DNA of 64,000 nt from an uncultured Nitrososphaerota archaeon (GTDB lineage: Archaea > Thermoproteota > Nitrososphaeria > Nitrososphaerales > Gagatemarchaeaceae). This document shows, in pieces, positions 20,459-29,921 of the stretch. Below the pieces are notes generated by a model. It made no database searches and was not told the DNA's origin. It was given only the letters and a program-made list of their open reading frames with translations. Numbering within the stretch: position 1 is the first letter of the stretch; every line of letters begins with the position of its first letter. The stretch covers positions 864,001 to 928,000 of the forward strand of contig OY969807.1 of the NCBI GenBank assembly GCA_963703285.1. Direction: 5' to 3'. Made by a program: the position numbers and the translations under genes.

Positions 20459-21132
20459 TCTATTTCACCATTAGTCTTCACGGCTGACTCGACCTTCACC
20501 ATGCTGGGCCGAATCACCTTGTTCTTGAAGATGTAGCCCTTCCGTATCTCGCCCACGACTGTGTCCTCCTTGAGACCCGTCCCGTCGACCCTCTCGGCCG
20601 CCTCGTGGAAGACGGGGTTGAACGGCTTCCCCACAGCGTCGATGCTCCTGAGACCCACGCTCTGGAGGACGGAGACGAGGTTCTTGCGAACCATGCCGAC
20701 GCCCTCGAGCAGTCCCTTCGACTCCTCGTTGGTCTCGGCCGAGGCCACGGCCAGGTCGAGGTCGTCTAGGACGGGGAGGAGCCTCTTCATCAGGCCGCTG
20801 ATCGACAGGTCCTCCGCCTCGAGCATCTCCCTGTCCACGCGCTTCCTGTAGTTCTCGAAGTCCGCCTGGAGGTACTTCAGTCGCTTCAGGTAGTCCTCGC
20901 TTCTGCGATTCTCCTCCTCTATGAACTTCTGGGCCTCGTCCAGGTCGACCTTGAGCTCAGTCCCCTGCAGTGACTCGAGCTTCGCCTTCAGCTCGCGTAT
21001 CTCTTCGTCCCTCTCGTTCAGCTCACGCTTGCTCTTCTCGGCTCCGCCCTCTTCTTTCTCTGGAGGCCGCTCATCTTCCAAGTGAGTCACCCTGGCCCGT
21101 CTTTCGGGGACCTGCGATAAAGCAGAAGGCAT
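20455..21132 (-). CDS. grpE: Nucleotide exchange factor GrpE (start uncertain)
   Basis: [22 protein letters not shown]...VIRPSMVKV. Confidence 0.95.
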   Translation of the reverse strand: MPSALSQVPERRARVTHLEDERPPEKEEGGAEKSKRELNERDEEIRELKAKLESLQGTELKVDLDEAQKFIEEENRRSEDYLKRLKYLQADFENYRKRVDREMLEAEDLSISGLMKRLLPVLDDLDLAVASAETNEESKGLLEGVGMVRKNLVSVLQSVGLRSIDAVGKPFNPVFHEAAERVDGTGLKEDTVVGEIRKGYIFKNKVIRPSMVKVESAVKTNGEIE

Positions 21133-21138
21133 TCAACA

Positions 21139-21163
21139 AGTATACAACGCAACGTTGTATACT
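21139..21163. promoter_or_regulatory. Perfect inverted repeat AGTATACAACG-CAA-CGTTGTATACT, putative operator of grpE-dnaK-dnaJ
   Basis: 11-bp arms with a 3-nt spacer, directly downstream of a minus-strand TATA-like TTTATTA (21169-21163). Confidence 0.7.
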
Positions 21164-21238
21164 AATAAATTTTCTGCTAGCCGGAGCGACCCGGGTGTGC
21201 AGAAGCCTTAACCGCAGGTCCGGCCTCCGGCACCAGTC

Positions 21239-22000
21239 TTGAAGGAGGAACAGCTCAGAGAGAGGTTGCTCAGGTTCGAGCGGGAGGGCAGACACCTGAC
21301 CAAGGACTCGGACGAGAGGAAGGTCATAGAGGAGGTCTTCGACAGGGCGACGCTCTGGGCGCTGAACCGTCTGCTCAGCAACGGTCAGCTCGACTATCTG
21401 AACGGGGTGGTGAACGCCGGGAAGGAGGCGCGCGTCTACTGGGGCGTGGCCAGGGACGGCTCCCCCAGGGCCGTGAAGATCTACTTCACCGCCTCGGCCG
21501 AGTTCAAGAAGAGAATGAGGTACGTCGCCGGGGACAGGAGGTTCGAGAAGATCCCTGGCTCTACGAGGGGCATGATCGACCTCTGGGTGCAGAAGGAGTA
21601 CAAGAATCTGCAGCTCGCCGAGGCCGCCGGAATACGCGTCCCGAAGCCCTACTCGTTCTACGAGAACGTCCTGGTCACCGAGTACATCGGGACTCCCCCC
21701 GGCCACGCGCCATCCTTCGCCGAGGCCAAGGTGTACAAGTCAGACCTCGACTGGACCATCCGGACGGTGAGGAGGCTCTACGAGAGGGCCGGGCTGGTGC
21801 ACGCCGACCTCTCGGAGTACAACATCTTCAAGCTCGGGGGGTACAGGGTGCTCTTCGACATGGGATCGGCGGTCCTGACGACCCATCCCGAGTCCAGGGA
21901 GCTGCTGCAGAGGGACGTGGCCAACGTCGTCAGGTTCTTCGAGAGGCGGGGGATTTATGAGAAGGCCGCCGAGGAGATAGTGGGGTCGATTTTGGGTTGA
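21239..22000 (+). CDS. rio1: RIO1 family Ser/Thr kinase
   Basis: GKEARVY, AVKIY, LVHADLSEYN, LFDMG. Confidence 0.93.
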   Translation: MKEEQLRERLLRFEREGRHLTKDSDERKVIEEVFDRATLWALNRLLSNGQLDYLNGVVNAGKEARVYWGVARDGSPRAVKIYFTASAEFKKRMRYVAGDRRFEKIPGSTRGMIDLWVQKEYKNLQLAEAAGIRVPKPYSFYENVLVTEYIGTPPGHAPSFAEAKVYKSDLDWTIRTVRRLYERAGLVHADLSEYNIFKLGGYRVLFDMGSAVLTTHPESRELLQRDVANVVRFFERRGIYEKAAEEIVGSILG

Positions 22001-22575
22001 GCTTCGAACAGGTCCTGCGCGTGCCGCTGGACAGGGTAGCAGCCATCATAGGCAAGAAGGGCGAAACAAAGAAGCATCTCGAGGAGGCGCTCCACGTCGA
22101 ACTGGAGATCGACGGCCAGAGCGGCGAGGTGAAGGTCAAGAGCACCTCGATCGAGGAGGGTGACCCGTTCAGGGCGATGGCCATCGTTGAGGCGGTCGCG
22201 AGGGGCTTCTCCCCCCAGCGGGCGCTGAAGCTCATGGACCCCGAGACGGTGCTTGAGGTTCTGGACCTGAGGGAGTTCGCAGGGAAGAGCGAGAACAGCC
22301 TCGACAGGATAAGGGGGAGGATCATCGGCCTCAACGGCAAGTCGAGGAGGGTCATAGAGGAGCTGACGAAGTGCCAGATATCCGTCTACGGCCGGACGGT
22401 CGCAATCATCGGGGAGATCACGGAGGTCAAGCTGACGAAGGAGGCGATCGTGATGCTCGCCAAGGGAAGCCGCCACAGGTCCGTCTACAACATGCTCCAG
22501 CGCGCGAGGTCGAAGCGGAAGATGGACAGGGTGCTGCTCTGGGAGGACCAGTCGCCCGAGGCCGAGCCTCAGTAG
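21997..22575 (+). CDS. KH-domain pre-rRNA processing protein (Dim2/Pno1)
   Basis: IIGKKG, RGFSP, RGRIIGLNG; adjacent to rio1. Confidence 0.92.
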   Translation: MSFEQVLRVPLDRVAAIIGKKGETKKHLEEALHVELEIDGQSGEVKVKSTSIEEGDPFRAMAIVEAVARGFSPQRALKLMDPETVLEVLDLREFAGKSENSLDRIRGRIIGLNGKSRRVIEELTKCQISVYGRTVAIIGEITEVKLTKEAIVMLAKGSRHRSVYNMLQRARSKRKMDRVLLWEDQSPEAEPQ

Positions 22576-23666
22576 GACTTCAGGAGCTGCAGCTTCTCTG
22601 GCAGGTACGTGTCGACTATGTAGCTCAGGCCGTACCTCGAGAAGGCCTCCTGCTCCGACTTCTTCTTGATCCTCAGGAACGTGTCGAGCTCCTCGTGCCA
22701 CATCTTGTCCTTGTAGCGCGGGTCTGCCTTCAGCTCGTAGAGCCTCTTGATGTCGACCTCGGTCAGCGGGTCGGACGGCAGCTTGTACTTTATGATATCT
22801 GAGGCCCAAACGCCTAACCAGACCCCGTCAGGGGTGGTGAGGTCCCGCAGGTGGGCCGCGGCCGCCGAGCCTGATTTTATCACCATCGCGATGTGAGCCC
22901 CCCATGGGTCGGCGTCGCAGAGTATCCCGATGGGGAGCTTCAGCTCCTGGTGTAGCCTCCTGAGCAGATAGCGGGTCGAACGGGGAGGCTGCCCGGCGGT
23001 GTTGACGAGTATCGCCTTGTACTTCTCGTGGACCTTCTCCTCGATGAACCTGGTGAAGAGGCCCCCCTTCTCTATGGCCAGGACCATCTCGGCGTCGGTG
23101 TCCCTGAACTCAGCGGTGGTGAGCGCCGGCCCGATCATCATCCCGTCGGGGTGCGCCGAGAGGTCGAGGCGCTTCCCCTCGTACCCTCTGACGGTGTACT
23201 CCACGGTCAGATTGCCGAAGATCGCGCTCCTCTCTTCGGGGAAGACGTTGAACTCCTCCCTGGCGGACTCGAGGACGACCTCGAGGTCGGTGATGAGCTC
23301 GTCCGACTCGGCCTGGTCCATGAACTCGACGTTGAAGGCCTGGGCGGAGTAGTAGACGTCCCTCAGCGTGGAGGTCCTCCCCTCGGCGACGAGCTTGTTG
23401 GAGAAGTATGCGAGCCAGAGCAGCTGCGTGAAGGGTCGGATGTGCTTTATGTTGCCAGCCGACCGCTTGACGGAGCTCGAGCCGAGGATGAACTGCTGCA
23501 GCTTCTTGTCGTAGACGATGTTGCGCACCGACCTGCTGGCGAACGAGACGCTGGGGAACTTCCCGTTGTCGAGGTCCTGGTAGACGTTCTGGCCGAGGGT
23601 CTTCAGGGCCCTCTCGACCTTGTCCTTCCTCTGCTCAGCGGTAGTCTTCGATCGTGGTCTGCTCAA
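22569..23666 (-). CDS. top6A: DNA topoisomerase VI subunit A
   Basis: STLRDVYY (catalytic Tyr), IEKGG, DADPWG, KSEQEA. Confidence 0.97.
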   Translation of the reverse strand: MSRPRSKTTAEQRKDKVERALKTLGQNVYQDLDNGKFPSVSFASRSVRNIVYDKKLQQFILGSSSVKRSAGNIKHIRPFTQLLWLAYFSNKLVAEGRTSTLRDVYYSAQAFNVEFMDQAESDELITDLEVVLESAREEFNVFPEERSAIFGNLTVEYTVRGYEGKRLDLSAHPDGMMIGPALTTAEFRDTDAEMVLAIEKGGLFTRFIEEKVHEKYKAILVNTAGQPPRSTRYLLRRLHQELKLPIGILCDADPWGAHIAMVIKSGSAAAAHLRDLTTPDGVWLGVWASDIIKYKLPSDPLTEVDIKRLYELKADPRYKDKMWHEELDTFLRIKKKSEQEAFSRYGLSYIVDTYLPEKLQLLKSY

Positions 23667-26600
23667 TTATCTTCTCACCGTCAGCCCCGGCGCCCGGCTC
23701 GCCTGACTCCTGGGCCATCTCCTCCTTGACCTGCTCGACCTCCGACTCCTCCTCCTTCAGCAGCTGGTGGTATCTCGGCTCCTTCTTCTGACCGGCGAGC
23801 TCGGTGGAGAAACGTGCAATGAGGGGAAGGTACTTCCCGTAGATGTTCATCTTCCGCTGCACGGCCGCCATCGAGCCCTTCTTCGAGAGGAAGAGGGACA
23901 GGCGCCTGAGGGCCTCCCTCACGGCGTTGCGGATCTCCGACTGGATCTCGGGCCTGTCCGCGATGTACTCCTTGCCCACCGTCTTGTACGGCACCTTGGT
24001 GGAGCAGATGTGGGTGATGATCCCGATGGGAGCGTCCTCGGGGACGTGGTAGCGCCTCCAATCGATCTCCTCGTTGAGGACCTCGAACGACACGTCGTTG
24101 CCCTCGTCGTACAACAGGGGAATGCGGTTCGCGAACCTGAAGAGCTTGCGCCCGGGCTCGAGGACCTTCCCCCCGTAGGCCAGGCCCACCTCGACCAGGA
24201 ACGGGAACCCGGAGTAGGAGGACGGGGGCCGCACCACGACCGTACAGAACTCGGGCTGGAGCTCCTTGGTGATCCCAGTCTGGAGGATCGACTCGCCGAC
24301 GGGCGAGAGGCAGGACGCGTCGGGCGGGAGGAACTCGGGGTACCTCTGGAGAGCGTCGACGATCTTGACGGTCTGCTCGTTGGAGAGCTTCTCGGGCGAG
24401 AGCTTCGGTTCTATCCCTGCGAAGTTGAGGAACTTCTTCGCGTTCGTCTCTCCCACGCGGTGGAAGTGCTTGTTGCCCATGAACTTCTCCATCGTCTTCT
24501 CGTCGGTCAGCTTAATCATCCGCTTCAGCGCCTCCACGTCCACCCCGTAGGGATGCGGGAGGGTCTCCTTCGGCGGCGGGGGCATGGATTCCGTCGCCCT
24601 CTCGAAGGTCGTTATCCTGCCGATCGGGTCGACGAAGGTGAGGTTGGCGTAGGACCCGACGAGGGCAGTCTGCTTGAAGTACTCGTTGATCTTCTGCGCC
24701 GCCCGGGTGAAGTCGCCCTCCAGGATGACGTCGACCCTCGTCCCCGTCTTCCCGGCGCCGTCCTCCGTGTCCTTGCGAAGTATGATGGGCTTGTTCTCGG
24801 AGATGTCTATCAGCATCTCGAAGATGTGACGGGACTTGCCGTCGGTCGAGGTCGTGATCTTCACCGGCTTGTTTGTGGTGATCTGCCCGTAGAGGATGGC
24901 CATCGTCCCCCCCATCCCGAACATCCCCCTCGACTGCCTGAGGACGTACTTGGAGCCGTAGAAGACCTTCCCGAAGGCCCTCGGCACGTGGTGGGGGTCG
25001 ACCCCCGGGCCGTTGTCTGCCACGGTCAGCCGGTAGGCCTTCGGCTCCTGGTTGGCGGTCTCTGCCGAAGGGTCGTCGGCGACTATGCGGACGTATACGT
25101 CGGGGAGCATCCCGGCGAGCTCGGTCGCGTCAAGGGAGTTGTGGAGGAGAGCTACCGCGCCACCGCCGATGAAGCGCTCAACATCTTGCACGGCTATGTC
25201 GTAGACCCACTCCTCCGACGACGGGAATTCCTCGACACTCCTGATGGCCAGTGCGCCCGCATCGGATTCCGTTATCATCCGGAGAGGACCTGGAAGTTGT
25301 TCGGGCGAGAAGTTGTCCCTCAGCCACCCCTTTTGGACGGATGACCGGTAAATGTTCGATTTACGACCCGGGAACGGCAGTAGCGCGCTCTTGAATTGTG
25401 ATATTGGGAGGGAGCACTCCTCCGGGGCTTTACCCTGTCTAATGTAGATTAGATAGGTACCTCTGAAGCGTGTGTCGACCCCTGAAACTACCCTCTCTTC
25501 GGCTTCTTGGAAGGAAGTCGTGTAGTGCCGACCTAGAGTCGTAAGAAGGAACTTGAGTTCAGTGAACATCCTCTCGCTAGATGTCGCGATCGTTATCTTC
25601 CGATTCCGTTTGGCTGTCTGTACATAACCGTCCCCGCGAATGTAGGCGTTCAGATACTCTTCCGCATGTTGCTTGCTTACGTTGAAGACGACCCAGGGTA
25701 CCCGCTTATCAGATGAGCACGTTCCAGTCTCCAGGATAGATTGCATGAATAGGGCGAGCACGGCATCATTCACCACCACGTTAACAGCTGACCTGTGCTC
25801 GATTGTGATTATCGGTTTGATGTCGAAGACCTTGTCCAAACAACGGACCAGGTCTGCCACATAGGTTTCCATCTCGTCCCTTGCAAATGAGAAGGTCACC
25901 TTGCAACCGGCATGAATCGACCCCTCGCTTGCGTAGTAACCAAGAATCCTCATGAACTCGGGTGTAATCTCTATTTTCCGCGGCAGCGACCTCTTCCCTT
26001 GCTTTACTGAGAATCTGATGTCTGCGCTCTCCAACCCCGGTGGGGGGCTCGAACGGATATGCCCAAGTGGAACAGCGTCACACCTCACCCAGTCTTTGGG
26101 AATGCTATACACGCGCTTGAACCCGTGCTTCTCTGCCGGTTTGTACTCACCCCTTGACTCCGTGGATAGGGCTCCTCGTCGGCGAAGAGAATGTAGGATA
26201 TTGTCAGGATTGTGGATTCCGATTCGGGAAGCAGCGGCATGCACTTCTCTCCGCGACATCGTGGAGCCGTCTGCGGCAAGCAGGAGGAGTTCGGACTTCG
26301 AGCGAACCAGTGGATAGAGCCCAGCAACGCCCCTAACAACTATTCTACTCATGTCTCGAGTGTCCAAACGCGAGAACTCAGACAGGAGGTCAATTTCTTC
26401 GCATCTTCCTGTCACGAACTCGCCTGACGGTACTACCACTCTATCTCCAGGTATGAGATGCCTCGTCTCTCTCCCCACAACCCGAAGGTCATCGCCCATC
26501 ACGAAGACGTTGTGAACGGATGTAGTGGTGACTTCTTTACCGCTTTGAAGCCGAATCTTCCACAACGTCTTAGGGCTGGGGTGCTTGAAGACAGCTGTTA

Positions 26601-26911
26601 CGCGCTTGAAGGAGAACTTGAGGTCCTGGTCAAGCGTTAAGACCTCCAGCTGGTCTTCTAGGTGTTTGTACCACCGGTTGTCTGCCGAGATTGCGCCACC
26701 TGTAGCCAGCCTCCGCTCAACCACCTCGCCTATCGTCGTAACTCTGATTCGTCCATCTTCCCGAATCAGTAAAGGCTCACCGTAAGGGAAGGAGTTCTCG
26801 ACGAGCTCGCGGACGGCCATGTAGAGCGCCCTCGCAGGGTTGGTGAACCCCGCCAGGTCTCTGTTACGATAGAAAGAATTCAGACGGACTTATCTCAGAG
26901 AAAGTAACCAA
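23635..26911 (-). CDS. top6B: DNA topoisomerase VI subunit B, intein-containing, with an apparent +1 frameshift at about 26874
   Basis: TTG 26911 gives MVTFSEISPSEF; the frame then shifts into YRNRDLAGFTNPARALYMAVRELVEN. DNGPG, QSRGMFGMG and RFANRIPL follow the intein. Confidence 0.93.
25138..26793 (-). mobile_element. Intein (552 aa) with LAGLIDADG homing endonuclease in Top6B
   Basis: RELVEN|SFPYGEP...VALLHN|SLDAT; block B TTSVHNVF; LAGLIDADG-like ILGYYASEG and YLNAYIRGDG; block F WVYDIAV; more AT-rich than the exteins. Confidence 0.95.
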
Positions 26912-27079
26912 TCTGGACTCTCACCTCCGCCCCAGGCCTAGACCCACATGAAGAGACGTCAAAGCGATACTCTTAGCCCCAATCATCTTCCCGCAGCAAG
27001 GGTTCTATTAAAACAGGATATAATCAGTCCTGTCAACTGTTCGGCCCACAGGGGCAGTTCGGGGCTTGGAGCGCTGCGC

Positions 27080-27460
27080 CTATTTGATGTTCGCCCTGTC
27101 GGCCAGCTTCACTATCAGGAAGATGACCAGCGCCACGATGATGAAAGTGATTACGTTGTTGATGAAGTCGCCGTATGCGAACGTCTGCCCGCGGAACACC
27201 GCCGTGGCCGTAGTCAGGTTACTGCTGGGGTTGACGAGTCCGATGATGGGTAGTATGAGGTCTCCTACGAGCGCCTTGACCAAGGCACCGAGGTAGACAC
27301 CGAGGATGAACGCGACGGCTAGTCCCAGAACCTTATAGGATTCCAGGAACCCCTTGAACTCATTCGCAAAGCCCTTCGGAGCTGGAGGAGTAGGAGCAGG
27401 GGTGAGCAGCTTCTTTATCTCACGGAGCTCGGCGAGAATCGGGTCATCGGTCGTTGACAT
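27080..27460 (-). CDS. mscL: Large-conductance mechanosensitive channel
   Basis: EFKGFL...VLGLAVAFILG...LVGDLILP...YGDFINNVITFIIVA. Confidence 0.9.
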   Translation of the reverse strand: MSTTDDPILAELREIKKLLTPAPTPPAPKGFANEFKGFLESYKVLGLAVAFILGVYLGALVKALVGDLILPIIGLVNPSSNLTTATAVFRGQTFAYGDFINNVITFIIVALVIFLIVKLADRANIK

Positions 27461-27572
27461 GCGCGGAGCGCCTTCCTAAATCTGATTTAAATCTAGGTCG
27501 TCGTTGCGCTCTGGGCCTCTTGAGGGCCAACAGACAACTTAATTACTCGCCGCAGTCGCGCCGGTCAGGAAA

Positions 27573-27782
27573 ATGACCCTCGACGCGCCTGGCTCCAGGG
27601 TGAGCATGATAATCCGCCTCGTCGGATTGATGTTGCTCGCTCTTGGGGTGGTCCTGACGTACGAGACCTACAGCACGGCTGCGGCGGCTGACCTGGTCCC
27701 CCAGATCGTTCCGGTGTTCTACCTCGGTGCGGCGCTGCTGATGATCGTCGGCTTCGTGGCCGTAATCGCGGACTACAAGTAG
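27573..27782 (+). CDS. Small two-TM membrane protein
   Basis: Two hydrophobic helices, host-like codons, upstream TTAATT box. Confidence 0.65.
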   Translation: MTLDAPGSRVSMIIRLVGLMLLALGVVLTYETYSTAAAADLVPQIVPVFYLGAALLMIVGFVAVIADYK

Positions 27783-27933
27783 GACTTGCGTTAAACGGGG
27801 TCCGGCGTTGAGCCGCAGACCCTAGAGAACGCTGGGAGCGGTGCGGGTCGCGAAGATGTCTTGCGATTGGAAGCACTTCTGGGGGTTATATATCAGCACG
27901 TTGCGATCGACGCAGAAAAGGTGAAGCTTCGGA

Positions 27934-28431
27934 TTGGAATCGAAGCCAGTTCGTGACCAGGGAACGCACGCTATCAGAGGGGTCATCATCGTCACGATTG
28001 CGGTCCTGATAATCGCTGCGGGGATTGCGTTCGTCTACGCCAACCCGTCAACGGCCGCCTCCGTGTCGACCCTTCCTGCCCACCTCACCAGCAGCGGCAG
28101 CTCAGGTTCCGTAACCGCGGCCTCGACGTCCAGCGTCAATGACACCGGTGTGGTCTACGTGTACCTTCCATATGGGGGAGGGGAGAACTATGACGGAGCC
28201 ACCCAGCCCCAACCTCAGGTAATCACCGTCCTCATCGGGGTGAACAACACTGTGACCTGGATCAACCAGGACCTCATCACTCACGACGTCATCAGCACGA
28301 CGGGCACCTTCGCTTCGCCGGACCTGTCGCCGGGACAGAGCTACACCTTCACGTTCACGGAGGCGGGAACATATCCATACTACGATTCCTACACCCCCAT
28401 GCAGGGCTGGGTCATAGTCGAGAATCCGTAA
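27934..28431 (+). CDS. Membrane-anchored cupredoxin-fold protein with degenerate type-1 Cu ligands
   Basis: TM anchor, S/T linker, VTWINQD..HDV, PGQSYTFTFTEAGTYPYYDSYTPMQG. Confidence 0.85.
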   Translation: MESKPVRDQGTHAIRGVIIVTIAVLIIAAGIAFVYANPSTAASVSTLPAHLTSSGSSGSVTAASTSSVNDTGVVYVYLPYGGGENYDGATQPQPQVITVLIGVNNTVTWINQDLITHDVISTTGTFASPDLSPGQSYTFTFTEAGTYPYYDSYTPMQGWVIVENP

Positions 28432-28485
28432 CGCTCAAGGGGAGCACGAAACGAAGGGATAGCCACTTGTTGGGATTGTGGTGGA

Positions 28486-28633
28486 CGGCGCCGGGCCGAC
28501 TCGAACGGCCGACCAACAGGTGTTTGCAGCGAGTTTTCGCTTTAACAGCCTGCTGCTTTCCGGGCCCCTTATCGGGGCTCTACCATGCTCCTCGGACGAG
28601 TCGATAGCGACACGGCCTCTGAGCTACGGCGCC
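28486..28633 (-). tRNA. tRNA-Asn(GTT) with three introns (31, 22, 21 nt)
   Basis: Removing 28618-28588, about 28579-28558 and 28542-28522 gives a 74-nt cloverleaf: GGCGCCG TA GCTC AGCATGGTA GAGC A GCAGG CTGTTAA CCTGT TGGTC GGCCG TTCGAGT CGGCC CGGCGCC G. Confidence 0.9.
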
Positions 28634-28827
28634 ATGCAGCGCCCGTCTCGATTTCTTCCTTATTTGGCCTTTGCTCTGAGCCCGTGCGCTTTCAGGCCGA
28701 GAGTTTTGACCAGGAATGCAAAAGGCAACCCGCGAGGGCCTAATCCGGCTTCAATCCCAAATGAACAGGCCAGGCTTCCAGTCCGATATGAGTGGGTGCT
28801 TAAGTTCCCAGAGCACCTCTAGATTCA

Positions 28828-29379
28828 TTGATAAAGAAGACCGCCCTTGTCGACTTGCTACAGCAACATCTGTCGACTGAAAGAATTGCGAAGAAACTCA
28901 ACTGCAGTCCCGGCAACGTCCTCTACTGGGAGCGGAAGTATGGACTTCGGCCGGCCTTCGCCTCCTTCGGAAACGGACGAAGAATGAGATCACCCGAAGA
29001 AATGGCCGCATATATGACTAGCAACCCAACACTTCGCCGCAGGAAATTGAAGGCAAAGGCAATCGCCTTCAAGGGTGGGAAATGCGTGTTGTGCGGGTAC
29101 GACAGATGCAACGCCGCTTTGGAGTTTCACCACGTTGATAGGAGAACGAAGACCTTCGGTCTTTCCAGAAAAGGCATCATCAGGTCATGGGATTCGATCA
29201 AGAAGGAAATCGACAAATGCCTGCTGGTCTGCTCGAATTGCCACCGGGAGGTGGAAGCAGGCGCCAGGCCCATCCTGAAGGAATTGCTTAATCCTTGGAC
29301 AAGATTTGAAAATGACCTCGCCTCTTCAGAAGATACAGTTTCGGTTACGGACGTTGTGAGCAGTCGGGAAGCGGGCTGA
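28828..29379 (+). CDS. Free-standing HTH-HNH endonuclease
   Basis: N-terminal HTH (STERIAKKLNCSPGNVLYW); KGGKCVLCGY..C..ALEFHH...CLLVCSNCHRE zinc-HNH; AT-richer codons. Confidence 0.9.
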   Translation: MIKKTALVDLLQQHLSTERIAKKLNCSPGNVLYWERKYGLRPAFASFGNGRRMRSPEEMAAYMTSNPTLRRRKLKAKAIAFKGGKCVLCGYDRCNAALEFHHVDRRTKTFGLSRKGIIRSWDSIKKEIDKCLLVCSNCHREVEAGARPILKELLNPWTRFENDLASSEDTVSVTDVVSSREAG

Positions 29380-29439
29380 GTCGGGATTGGCAACGCCTGA
29401 ACAATCTTCCTCCGCACCAACAAGAACATCATGAATCGA

Positions 29440-29725
29440 CTCTGCTTGTGGGGAGCCCTGTTGCCCGTGATGGTGTAGGCGACCGACTCGCCCACGTCCT
29501 CAGCGTGGTCGGCTATCCTCTCCAGGTAGCGCAGGACCAGGGTTCCGGAGATGTAGCACTTCATGTCCCCGGTGTTATCCTTCGTGACCCTCCTGAGATA
29601 GCTCCGATATCTCGTCGACCGCGTTGTCCATTGTCTTCAGCTTCCCGGCGGAGAAGACGTCCCGCTCTGTGAATGCCTTGATGCTCAGGTGGATCATGTC
29701 CTGGGCCTGCTTCCCCGCCCTCTCT
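29440..29725 (-). pseudogene. phoU: 5'-truncated, frameshifted phoU remnant
   Basis: AGKQAQDMIHLSIKAFTERD..MDNAVDE, then in another frame KCYISGTLVLRYLERIADHAEDVGESVAYT; near-identical to the C-half of phoU at 41358-42002. Confidence 0.88.
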
Positions 29726-29921
29726 AGTGGGCTTTCGTGATTTGATCCTTCCTTCAAATTTCTCTCAGATTCTCTTTCGCACACCGTGGGACCATGCGGT
29801 TCTCCCCGTTCTAGGAATTTCTCCGATTATCCTCGCGGTCGGCCCGAATGATTTGGGGGCAACACGTAAGAGATGCAAGACTTGGACCATTCCTTGAGGC
29901 GCCAAAACACCGGCGATTGAT

